This document shows positions 50,204 through 62,516 of a stretch of 64,000 nucleotides of DNA, piece by piece. Source of the stretch: Chiloscyllium plagiosum (Eukaryota); NCBI RefSeq assembly GCF_004010195.1, contig NC_057719.1:73832928-73896927 (forward strand), in the 5' to 3' direction. The notes beneath the pieces were generated by a model, which saw nothing but the letters and a program-made list of their open reading frames with translations, did not search any database and was not told where the DNA came from. The position numbers were made by a program, and so were the translations under genes. The stretch's first letter is position 1. Every line of letters starts with the position of its first letter.

Positions 50204-50959
50204 AATTATAATTACAGGTACAATGCATCCTCTTGTAAATAAACCTGTTGCAAATTTACCAATACAGAAGATCACACTAGTTTCTGAGATATACAGAATA
50301 TATAACACTCTTTCTATCCAAACATTATCATTTTGTTGAGTGTGAACTCTCATACATTAAAACGTGTAGTGAGCACCTTCAGTGATAGAATTGGGAAAAA
50401 TCAAACTTACAACAAAGTTCCCCATATTGTTGACAAACATTTATCTCTGAATTTTGTAACTATTTAAGTCTCATTATCTAATGTTATCCTTAGCTCCTGC
50501 TGTCTACTCTCCTTAAACACCAAAAACAAAGTACAGTTGGTCTGCCTGCCCTGCACTAAGGCATATTTCCTTGACATCACCAACATGGTTAGTCCACATT
50601 AACTCCTTGCCATCACCAACTTGAATTTAAGATCAGTTTGTTTTCAGATCAATTTGTTTTCAGACCAACCCATGTTCAACATACCCTGCAATTTCCTCCA
50701 ACTTCATTTCCTCATCCACATTCAGTTCTGCGGTGTTCACCTTCTGAGATTCCTTTATTTTGTTTACCTCTTGTGCCAAGGTTTTCAACTATCTTAGATT
50801 TCCTGTCTGCAACACTGTCCTTGGGTCTGTTCACCTCTCAATCCAAACTTCTTGAAATTTTCTGATAGTCATCCCTCCAACTCCTGATGATATGCTCCTC
50901 ATGCCTCTTAATATATCCTCAATAGAGTGTTTCTGCTGTACCTATATGTTATCAAGGTG

Positions 50960-51350
50960 GGGGAGTTGGTGGAATAGTGATAACGTCACTGCTTTAGTAA
51001 TGCAGGGGCCAACGCTACACCTTGGGGACATAGGTTCAAATTCTACCATAGTAGTTGGTAGGATGAGAATGACATTATTAAAATTGTGAATTGAAAGCTG
51101 GACTCTGTAATGGCAGCCATGAAGCAAGAGTTGTTTGTAAAACAATCCATTTGGTTCACTGACATCCTTTTAGGGATTGAAATCTGTTATCTCTACCTGG
51201 TCTAGTTTATGTGACCCCAAACCTGCAGCAATGTGGTTTACTCTCAATTGAGCTCTAAAATGGTTGAGCAAACCATTCCGTTCAAGGGCAGTTAGGGATG
51301 GGTTTAAATAAATTCTGGTCTTGGCAGTGATGCCCACAACCCATGAAAGA
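50960..51350 (+). mobile_element. Near full-length tRNA-derived SINE of the GGCAATAAATGCTGG-tail family
   Basis: A-box-like TGGAATAGTGATAA and B-box-like GGTTCAAATTC; body matches 270-535. Confidence 0.7.
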
Positions 51351-52959
51351 ATGTTTGAAAAAGCTATTTTTAAAGATGCTGTGTAAATAATTGCTGCTGC
51401 CTACCCTGAACTCTAGTTTGGACATGTTTGCTTTGTTAGCTGTTGGGTGTGTTGCAAAATGCCAAGTCAAATACTGATGGCACTTTCACTGGGGAGAAAG
51501 GCTATAATTTAAAAACCAAGACAAGCCTCAGTCTAGTCATATAATATTGATAAAGAACATCCAAAACCACAGGCCAGCAAGATAGTAAACAGCAAGGCAG
51601 ATGAAAACATTTCTGAGAAGTGTTTTGAGGGGAAAACATAAACATATAGAGAGCTCTATTTCTCTGTTTCTGAACTAAGCAGAAAGTAGACACCGTGCCC
51701 GAAGAGAAAACATAGTGAACAGAAGAAAAAGGCTGAAAAATGCTTCACCTCAGAGGACAGTGTGATTTCATTTAGAATATACGGGAGAGAAGAGAGCGTT
51801 AACAATTCCATAGGAGCTTGTTTTTTTTCGGAAAGAGAAGTAACAAAAGAATCAGCAATGTTATCTTGCTTTGTTAGCAATCACGTAAGGAAAATATTCC
51901 TAAAGAGATCATTTGTAATAGGTGGACTGCATTTTTATATCTTGAAAGCAGTACGTCTTAAGTGTAGATCCAAACCTAGAGGCTGTTGCCTCCTCAGGCC
52001 TTTGGTGATGGGCTAGGAGACTAACAGCATGGCTGAAAGAGGCACAGCAAGAGCATCTTCTGACTGCAGTGACATTTTGCCAATGGTAATGAGTTTGCAG
52101 ATCAGCTATGTGCTTGGAGCCCAACATAGCAATTTAAGGGCCAGTTAAGGAACAGTTTCTCAATGGGCCAGTTTTCTATGTGCCACAAGGTGGTGGGAGC
52201 GGGTTTGCTGTGTGGGAAGTCTCCTGAGTGATACCTGGCTGCCTCCCAGGCCAGTTCTATTTCATGGTCCATGGTGAGGTCCTGACTGCTCCCTTCCCTT
52301 CACACGGCCAGAGGCAAAGCCTGTCCCCAACAGTGAATCATACTAAAGCACTTTGACCATAATCACGAAGGTCTGAAGTCTCCTGACTTCATTTATCACC
52401 CTTCAAGGGCACTTTGGTCTCTGAACAGTCGCAGCCTCATCACTCACCACTACTAACAGCAGTGTGATTGCCTCTGTCTCTGGTTGTTTTGGCAGCTCTT
52501 AGAGCCAAAACGTTGGGTCACTTTCTGTCCTAGCAGGTTGGACTTCAGTCACTGTGGCAAAATTCCAGCCAGCATGTCAGTGATGGAAGATCAAAGTCCA
52601 TGAATAACCAAGAATTTACTAATCAATGAAGAGGTATATTGATTTAAAGTGAAGTCAAACTTGGATTTCAAAAGTAAAGTATCGTGCTAGATCTGACATA
52701 TATTGAAAACCTTCTATAATCTACGATTGGAAATTTACATCATGCAAGCAAATGCGAAATGTATCCTTTACTTAGATATTGCAGTGAAAATCTAATTTTC
52801 AGTGTCATCTGTATCTTTTATTTCTTTATTCTTTGAATTCATGTGATTTTTAAATTTTTTTTTAAAAATTTCCTTTAATGTGCCTCAACATAACCTGACA
52901 TGTTTTTCTCGATTAATGTGTTTATAACAGCCAGATTGTTTCCATCCAACTCTAACAGT

Positions 52960-53660
52960 TCTTAACCCATCTGAGAAAATAGAGGCTTTGAATGAAAGAA
53001 TGATTATAGCCTATTACCTAAATCTTTCGTCCTCTGAGTTTTGATTTTTTTCCCCTAATGGGTTCAATTTCTTCCTATCCACTCTGTCATTCTCCTCATG
53101 ACTGTGAACACATCTATCAAATTTCCTTTAACTTGTTTTTTTCTCTGAGGAGAGCAATCCTAGCTTCATATCCATGTAAGTAAGGCTCTTCATTTTTGTC
53201 ACTGTTCTTGTGAATGTTTCCTCCATTCTTTGCAATCTTCTCAAAGCTAAATACCCAGAGTCAGATGTAATATTCCAGATGAGGCCAAACCAGTTTGTTA
53301 TACAGATTTAACATAACTTCCTTGCTTTTGTATTCAATGCCAATAAAGCCCAGAGTCCCACATACTTTTATTAACTGCTTTCAATCTGTCCTCCCCATCT
53401 TCAATAATTTGTTTACATACACACTGGTCCCTTTGCTTTTTCAGCCCCTTTAGAATTGTAAACTTTCATTTCATGATGTCTCTCTGCATTCTTCCTAACA
53501 AAATAAATCACTTCACACTTTTCTGCATTAAATTTTGTCTGCCACTTGTCGCTTATTCCAGCAAACCTGTGTGTGTCTTTTTGAAGTTCTGCACTATTCC
53601 CCCTGATAGTTCACAATTCATCCAAATACTATATCATTTGCAGGCTTTGAAACAGTGTAC
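52960..53660 (-). mobile_element. Old CR1 LINE fragment
   Basis: Reversed degenerate KLVWPHLEYYI motif near 53280. Confidence 0.6.
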
Positions 53661-54402
53661 CAAGCTCTTTGTGGGGGTTATTACTTGTGAACTTGAGTTT
53701 TAAGGTGGAAAAAGATGGAGGTTGGTTTATCAGTTCTGTTTTGTTTTTCCTTTTTTTAAAAGGTCAGAACATCATTTTGAACATTGAGTTCAAAACAGAA
53801 TTTACGAGCCATGTGATTGTAGGTAAATGAGCAAAAAGCCACCTGGGGAGGTTAATGCTCAGGCACTTTGCTGACAGGGCCTGGAGTTCCTCATAGACAG
53901 GGTAGAATGTGTGGTCACTGCTCGTGGAGCAGACCATGAGATGTTAATGCAGGATGTCCAAGGTGGTGGCCCAGAGGAGCAAAGAGCGAGCTGAAGTAGT
54001 GAAGTAATTGCTCCAACTTTCATGTTGGGAATTGTTGCCATCTAGTTACTATCCAGAGGGTAGGAATGGGAAACTGCAGAGCAATGAGATTACATGAGTT
54101 TTTTAATGCATGCTAATAGGTCTCTTGCCACTCGCCAGCAAGAACCTTATCTCTCCATTCAACACTTGGCTTGAAAAATGGGACTTTTTTTCTTCTGCTG
54201 CCAGGAATCACTTTACTTCTGATCTCACATGATTCTCTCAACTTTTTCTCAGTTGTAGATGTCATTCAAAGGCTGGGAAGATCCTGTCTATTTCTCTGGA
54301 TAGATTGACTAGGCTTGTTACTCAGGAAAAGGTTAAAAATTTATGCAAGAGTCTTTATAAGGTAGATGTAGAGAACATATTGCCACTTCTCCTTTGTTTC
54401 TT

Positions 54403-54712
54403 GGGTGGCACGGTGGCACAGTGGTTAGCACTGCTGCCTCACAGCGCCAGAGACCCGGGTTCAATTCCCGCCTCAGGCGACTGACTGTGTGGAGTTTGCA
54501 CGTTCTCCCCGTGTCTGTGTGGGTTTCCTCCGGGTGCTCCGGTTTCCTCCCACAGTCCAAAGATGTGCAGGTCAGGTGAATTGGCCACGCTAAATTGCGC
54601 CTAGTGTTAGGTAAGGGGTACATGTAGGGGTATGGGTGGGTTGCGCTTCGGCGGGGCGGTGTGGATTTGTTGGGCCGAAGGGCCTGTTTCCACACTGTAA
54701 GTAATCTAATCT
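54403..54712 (+). mobile_element. Well-preserved HE1-type V-SINE inside an old CR1 tail (54290-55000)
   Basis: Intact A box TGGCACAGTGG and B box GGTTCAATTCC; TCTTG flanks both ends. Confidence 0.93.
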
Positions 54713-57700
54713 TGTTGGAGAATCTTGAACTAAGGGCCATAACTATAAATTAGTTAGCTACTAATACTCAAATAATAGCTTATACTTCTTCCAAGAGAGT
54801 TGATGGAGTGTAGAAGTAGATGAATTAGTTGAGGTGAATAGCACAGATGCCTTGATGGGCAATTAAGTGAGTGCATGTTGAAGAAAGGAGTGGAAACATA
54901 TGTAGATGGTGTTGGATGAATTAATGTGGGCAGCAGCTTGTGTAGAGCAGAAACACTAGCACAAGCTAGTTAGGCCAAAGGACCTGTTTCTGTGTTCTGA
55001 AAGCCACACAGTAACAATCCAACCAAGTGATTTTTTTTTCTTAGCCCTTTAATCCACAATATTTTTCACAAACTATTATTTATCGAGCACTGTTCCTTTT
55101 TAAAGGGACCTAGCTGCCATTGGATAAGCTATTTTTGCTAAGTTTGTTCTAGTTTTCCAATATATTGTAGCTGGTCTCACCTAAAGTTCGTCTAAGGGTT
55201 GAATAGGTTCTGTTGGTCAATGTTCGTCTTCCAAGTTGAAGGACCTTCAGTCAACTGTCTGTCTTTTGGGACATGGATATCTATTGGTCCATGCTCCTGG
55301 GTATAACAATGCAGTGGTTTGCCATTACATTATGCAGGATAGTTGAGTAGGAAACTTCCCTACCTTCAGCACCTACAATTAGATGTCCAGGAAGGACTAG
55401 CAGGTTAAGAATCAATCCATTTGACCATGTTACAAACACACTTCCCATAAACAAAAAGTCCTGGAATGGGACTACAACTCATACAGTGTTTCTAGACTAG
55501 AAATAGGGGCACCGTACACCTCAAAATATATTAATCAACACTAATTTATATTTTTTTTACAAGGTCCCTTCTCACACTCTTCCCACAATGAAATTTAATT
55601 CAACTCTGAAGCGCTCCTCAATGTTCATTACTAAAATTTTCCATTCACTGAATAAGCCACACAATTTGAGCTTCATCATTGCACATAACACTGACTGTAA
55701 CCCTTGATGTTGCCTAAAAGAGAGAATTTATTAACATGGATTGTCAAAGGGCTCCACATGGCATTTCCCATTTGTAACCAGTTTTGAACAAAAGATAAAT
55801 GCTTTTAAGGAGATTATCCTAAAATCACTATCTGAAACCATCTCTTAAAAGAATGGAATCTAATTAATAAGTTGAGAACACCCAACATATGAACAGAAAT
55901 TCTGCTCAAAATCCATGCTTATTATGTAAGCGAATATACTTTAACTTTGGAGCTCTGATTTTTATTATTCTACAAGTTGGCTATGTATATAATTTTACAA
56001 AATCCAACTCAACATTTATTGGTTTCTATTAGCAGATGTTAATAAAGAAGAAAAATTTAATTTGTTAGTGACGTTTGTTTCCATGAAGTACTCCTTCAAA
56101 CAGGGAAATTCAGCACAAATTGCATCATATTATGGTTTTACATCCTGGCTGAACTTGCAAAAATCAGTTTAATTTAGCCCCAGTGATCTGAAAGATTTAC
56201 TTTTGGCACTATTTACCTTTTATTCAGTACTACAGCGACATCATTGTATTACATGGATTGGACATTCTCGGCTGGAAAACAGTCATTTCCCCCTCATAGA
56301 GTTTCCAGCCTTTTCTTTCACAAAGGCTCCATTTACTGGCTATGTCCTCTGTGGCTGACTATTCTGTAAAAGCCTGTACCTGCATATCACTAGCTCCTTT
56401 CTCCTTTCGGTGTCGGATTCCTCACCAACACCAGAGACTTGCTCCGTCAACATTCTAGTATTAATATGTTTACAGTAACCTCTGGTTCTACCTTACTCAC
56501 TTCTGCATCCTGTGTCCACAACAGAAAGCTCAGAGGTTTTGTGCCAAGAGGCATGACTCAGTGCATTGAAATGAACCTGAAAGAAACCAGGAGACAGGAT
56601 GCTGGTTATCTTTAGCACCAGGGCTCAATTTTGGCAAGTGGTAGCTGATCTTCTAAACTCCAAACATACCCAGCTGCTACTGATATTAAACGTATCAACA
56701 AGCTGCAGCAAACACTGTCTTCAATTAAGTTTGTCTGTGGTATCCTTACAGTAGCAAGAATTATAATAATTAATTCTGGCTGGATTTACATTTACAACGA
56801 ATGATCAGTGGGACAAATGTAACTGATACCAAGCAAATACATGATGATTAAAATATCTGTTTATTCTGCACTTAGATCTTTGGGACTTGTGCATTCAGAC
56901 TCATCCAACATTATTGAATTCTGAAATGCTGTCCTGTCTCTTCCATGTGTATATTTTGCATTGCTATTCTTTAATTGGAAATCAAATTCCACATAAAAGC
57001 AGCAATTTTATGTGGTATCGAATAACATAGGTGACTTTTCACGTGTGTCATTTATCTGGTTATCAAAACTGCTAGCCCACGACCTAATTTTTAATAGAAG
57101 GACTTGTATAAGCAGGAACAATTATCATGTTTTAAATGCAAAATATTGCCTGTATTGACAAACCTGGCATATGACACTGCTGGTAAATGAGTCTAAATTT
57201 TACGAAGTGGTATTGATTTTATGAGATGAAGCTTCCTGTTTGGAATTTTTTGCCTTTTAACAGCTACAAAATGTGTATGTACCATACAGCCCACACAGAA
57301 AATTGAAATGAATACAGGTATTCTCTTTAACCACGTCCATCCTGCAAGTTGTTTAGACTACCTTGGTGTTCTTATTATTAGCCACATAAATTAGCTGTTC
57401 AAATACTCTCTTTTTGAGCCTGTGCCCTCACAAAATTGAAAACAAATGAATAAGAGATAGAAGGAATGACTTTCCTGGTCTTGCGTGGGCCAGATTACAC
57501 CATGTAAATGAGCCAGGAGCTAGCATTTAGCCTCTACTTTCATCTGCTAGGTATCCAAGCACTGGGCAGCCAGTTAGAGCTGATGCTGTAGCCTGTCCTT
57601 GAGGTCCCAGCACCTGGAAGCTCTATGGGGAATGCCAAGGAACAGCAAGTAAGGAACTTTCTGATGAAGGGTCACTGAACCTAAAAAGTGAACTCTGCTT

Positions 57701-58029
57701 TCTCTCCACAGATCCTGCCAGACATGCTGAGTTTCTCTAGCAATTTCTGTTATTTACCTTTAGCTTAGCAAAGTAAATTAGATTTCAGTTGGAACCTGTT
57801 GACTTCCAGGAAGCCCCAGGAATTGAGGTTTGAGAAGAGCTGCAGATCTGAAAGACTGCTGATGATGATCTTATTCCCATCACTGGTGCTGGGTTCTATC
57901 TGGTTACATACCCATGCTGGGAAATTGGAAGATATTCGGGGATCTGAACAGGACTGGTCAGGAGTAGCACATTTTAAGTATACTCCAGAAGACAGCTGGG
58001 GAGAGGACAACAAGGAAAATCACTCCTTT

Positions 58030-59360
58030 GATTATTAGGTCCATTTCTATCTAAAAGGGTACCAGTGGGTTTTCCATACCAGCCTTCATGACTACTGACT
58101 GCGTGACTGGAGGCCGGTGTCCAGTGATGTACCACAGGAATCAGCACTGGGTCTTTTATTATTTTGTGATGTGTATATATAAATGAGAGTGTGGGTCCGT
58201 AGAATAGTAACTTTGCAGATGGCACATAGATTGGCCAGTTGGTTAATAGTGAGGAAGGAGGTCTAAGATTACAGGAAGATATAGATGGGTTGGTCAAATG
58301 GGCAGATCATTTGCAGATGAAATTTAACCCTGAAAAGTATGAAGTGATGCACTTTGGAGGAGGTAACAAGATGAGGGAATAATCCATGAGTGGTAGGACT
58401 CTAGAAAGCTCAGATAAACAGAGGGATCTTGTGGTGCTTGTCCACAGATTCCTCAAGGTGGCAGGTCAGGAAATAGGTAGCTAAAGCATGCAGGACACTT
58501 GTAATTCTCAGTTATGGCATAGATTGAGAGGAGGGAGGCTATGTGGAGCTATATAAAACTTTATTAGGCCACATGGGAGCACTGTGTGCAGCTACAGTCA
58601 TCACACTATGGGAAGGATGTGATTACACTGGAGGGAGTGCAGAGGAGATTCACCCAAATATCAATTGGGATGGAGCATTTCATCTGTGAAGAAAGGCTGG
58701 ATAGGTAAGGAGTTTTCTTTTTCAAGCATGTAAGGCTGAGTGGTCACCTGAATGAGGTGCACAAGATCGACAGAACGGATGAGTAGATATCTGTTGTTCC
58801 CCTTATTTGAACAGTCAATAATAAAGGTGAAGGGCAGGAAGTTTAGAGAGGATTTGAGGAAAAACGTTTTCACTCAGAGGGTGATGGGAATCTGGAATGC
58901 ATTTACCCAGAATGGTAGCAGAGATGGAAAATCTCGAACCTTTTAAAAAGTGCATGGATGAGTACATGAAATGTCATAATGTTCAAGGCGCTGGGCCAAA
59001 GGACATTAAAATAATAGAATCTCTACAGTATGTAAACAGGCCATTTGGCCCATACTGACCCTCCCACCTATCCTTGCATTTTCCCTGACTAATCCACCCA
59101 GCCTGCACATCCCTGGACACTATGGGCAATTTAGCACAGCCAATCCACCTTGCCTGCACATCTTTGGACTGTGGGAGGAAATGCATGCAGACACAGGGAG
59201 AACATGCAATGTCTACCCAGACAGTCACCCGAGAGTGGAATCAAACCCAGGTTCTTAGCACTGTGACACAGAACTGCTAACCACTCTGCCACCACACCAC
59301 CCTAGTATTGTTTGTTGGCACAAACTTGATAGGCCAAGAACCCTCTTCTCTATGACTGTA
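58030..59360 (+). mobile_element. Old CR1 LINE, RT to tail, with a nested HE1 SINE (59014-59303, -)
   Basis: GVPQESALG, NFADG and FTQRVMGIWNA motifs; the tail resumes after the SINE. Confidence 0.85.
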
Positions 59361-61024
59361 TAACATACTGATTATATCATGAGCATGTCTCTTGAAGATA
59401 TAGGGACGTAGACTATGAGGTATAATGCAACCCTTTCTTTTGTTTTCAAATCAAACTTTTCAGAGTTGCTGTTACACGCCTCTGGTGCAGGTGGGACCTG
59501 AACCTCTGTCTCTTGGCTCAAAGGAAGGGACACCACCACTGCAGCACAAGAGCTCTCAAAACCTTATGCTTTACTTTCAGAATAGAAGCATTGGAATTTT
59601 GATGTCTGTTTAACATGTAATGTTTTACTAAAGGTGAACTGAAGTTTGCATTGTACGTTACAGACGTTTGATTATCAATTCTTAGCAAATTTGCAATAGA
59701 TTGCATTTGTTCTTGTTATAATTGCAATTTACCATAAATTTCTTTCTGGGTTTTTTTATCCATGATCATATATAGAAAATCATTTTCCCTTTTAAGCACA
59801 ATAGTGAATCATTTACCATTTAAATAAAACTTTTTCAGACTTGCTTCTTGCCAAGTAATGGTGCATGCTTAAATCCATACCACAGGCTTATCATGTCCAG
59901 ACATGGGCTCATCATTCCACAAGGCTTCTTTGGATCTGTACAATGTTAACAGCATAATGTACCTTGAAAAAAAACAAAAAAAAATCCTTCAGTCCTCATG
60001 TGGAACCTGAGGCTATATTGTTGGAAATCAACTTTTTTTAAAATGTCGTTAAGATAGCTATGGTAATGAGAGTTCACACTGAAATTCATCGTCGAAAACA
60101 CAAAAAATCAACATATGAATTACAAGGTGCAGAAATTGTAATGATACAGATCAACAAGTGAACTTTTATAATGAACACTCTTGCAATTTCAGCTGCCTTT
60201 TTCCAGATTATTCATTAAAGGCTCTGAAATGAACCAAAGTGTCTTCAATGAAAATAACTCCGAAGTCTTTCATTTGAAGGTTTCAGCTGAGATAAGTGAC
60301 TGAACATCAAACTGGATGGATGCACATTAATCAAACCATGCTACCATTTGAAATATTAAATTATCTTTGAAATTTTTATTTTATGATGTAAATATTTTTC
60401 ACTACGTTTCAACAAGCCAAAGGAATCTGCTTTTGAGATCTGAAGACAAAACAGTGCCCCAACATGCCTAGCAATGCCAAACTTCCAGAGGGTGCAATAG
60501 ATAAACCATTCCCTGTGGCCAACTTGCAATGGATCCGTCTTCAATTTTATTTACTCACAGGATGTGGTCATCATTGTCTGAGCCAGCATTTATAGTCCAC
60601 CCCCATTTTCCCTTCTGAGAAGGTGGTGGCGAGCTGCCTTCTTAAACCACTGCAGTCAATTCTATTTGGGAAGCCCCCCCAATGCTATTGCAAGGGAATT
60701 CTCACATTTGCATCCAGCAATACTGACTGAATGTTGATTTATGTTTCTAAGTGGCATGGATGTGACCTTATGTGTATTGGCATTTCCATGTATGCACTGC
60801 CCTTGTCTTTCCAGATGGCAGTGGTTATGAGTTTGGAAGAATCTGGGTGAATTTCTGCTGTGCACCTTGGAGGTACTGAGTGTCTATGTTGGAGGCCGAA
60901 GGTTTTGGATGTGGTGTCAATCAAGCAAGCTGCTTTGTCCTGGATGCCACCTTGAGTGTTTTTGGAGCTGTACTTATTGAAGCAAGTGGCCATCACACTC
61001 CTAACCTGGGTCTTGCAACTGCTG

Positions 61025-61336
61025 ATTAGATTAGATTACTCACAGTGTGAAAACAGGCCCAACAAGTCCACACCGACCCTCCAAAGAGCAACCCACCCAG
61101 ACCCATTCCCCTACATTTACCCGTTCACCTAACACTACGGGCAATTTAGTATGGCCAATTCACCTAACCTACACATCTTGGAACTGTGGGAGGAAACCGG
61201 AGCACCCGGAGGAAACCCACGCAGACACGGGGAGAATGTGCAAACTCCACACAGACAGTTGCCTGAGGCGGGAATTGAACCCGGGTCTCTGGCACTGTGA
61301 GATAACAGTGCTAACCACTGAGCCACCGTGCCGCCC
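61025..61336 (-). mobile_element. HE1-type V-SINE
   Basis: (AGATT)n tail, core and head. Confidence 0.93.
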
Positions 61337-61504
61337 TAGACCTAAGGGGCAACCTTTTCATGCTATGCAAGTTGTGGGGAATCTTTATATCTTTACTGAT
61401 TTTTTCATATAAAATAGGTAAAAATAACATAGTAAACTCAATTTTCAATGTGAATGTGTGACACTTCTTTACAAGTGAACAAAACAGCCAAATACCTAAA
61501 TATT

Positions 61505-61705
61505 ATTCTACAAAAATCATGAAGACCATGGAGAGGGTGACTAGCCAAGGTCTTTTTCCCAGGGTAGGGGAGTCTCAAACTAGAGGACATAGGTTTAAGG
61601 TGAGAGGGGAAAGATTTAAAAGGGAGCTAAGGGGCAACCTTTTCGTGCAGAGGGTGGTGTGTGTATGGAACAAGCTGCCAGAGGATGCAGTGGAGGTGGG
61701 TACAG
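61505..61705 (+). mobile_element. CR1 C-terminal fragment
   Basis: TRGHRFKVRGERFKRELRGNLFVQRVVCVWNKLP. Confidence 0.9.
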
Positions 61706-61779
61706 GCAATAAATGCTGGTCTACCAGCAACATCCACGTTCTATGAGTGAATTTAAAACAAAAAAAATGGAAATAGATG

Positions 61780-62330
61780 GTCTTAGTGACAGCATGGATA
61801 TATGATCATATGATATATGACCTTGGATTCAGACATAGCACTGAGATTGCAAACTGTCAGATTCGGCCTCTGAAGTTGCCAGGAAAGGGATGGAGTTTGT
61901 GGCGAGGGAAGTGGAGTTCGTAACAAGGATGGAAGGAAATGAAACTTGTTGTTAGAATCTTCATTTGGAAGAAATTACTGCTCATTCGGCACCGGATTTC
62001 ATGCAACCATTCTGAAAATATAGAGGAAGGGAGAGGGGGAGTGAGAGAGGTGACAAGGGGTAGATCTGAGGGTCATCAATGTACCCACAAACCCTGACAT
62101 ATTTCTGGATGTTCTCACTGAGACACAGCATATAGCGCAGAATCAGGACGGGGCCAACTAGAAATTCTTGGGGAACCAGAGGTAACAGTGCAGGAACATG
62201 GAGCAAAGCCTTTTGCAGATGATTCTCTGATTTGCAATTGGATAAGTAAGAATAAATTGGATATAAAAAATCTTCAATGTGCTGTAAAGGAGCATTTTAA
62301 AATTTGCAGGGCCAAAACCTTTCAGAATGA
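61780..62330 (-). mobile_element. L2-like LINE RT fragment
   Basis: VPQEFLVGPVLILRYMLCLSENIQKY...GYIDDPQIY resembles the L2 motif VPQGSILGPLLF.IYMLPLG.II.K...YADDTQLY. Confidence 0.7.
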
Positions 62331-62497
62331 TCACTTGTATGTGCCTCGCAGTTTTTCAATAACTTTCCTTTCAACTTGACCTGTAGTACAAGCATCATTG
62401 GCCACATTTCCCCACAGTAAAGAAAAATGCTTTTATTTTCAAAAAAACATCTCTCAACAGGAACCACAGAATCGACTGGATTTGTTCAAGGCAACCT

Positions 62498-62516
62498 GAC
62501 CCCAGCAGAGGGCACA
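62498..62516 (+). promoter_or_regulatory. CTCF-like motif
   Basis: CCAGCAGAGGGCAC fits the CCASYAGRKGGCRS consensus and lies in unique sequence. Confidence 0.4.

Noticed and set aside
52080..52570. Possible Harbinger-like MITE (also GC-richer patches near 39300, 45600 and 53900-54170)
   Set aside because: Paired TIRs and a TSD could not be established by eye.
54403..54480. tRNA gene
   Set aside because: It is the tRNA-derived head of an HE1 SINE, continuous with the SINE body; the same holds for all copies.
57799..58038. 79-aa ORF with a hydrophobic stretch
   Set aside because: Non-ATG start, no recognisable family, and it lies between repeats.
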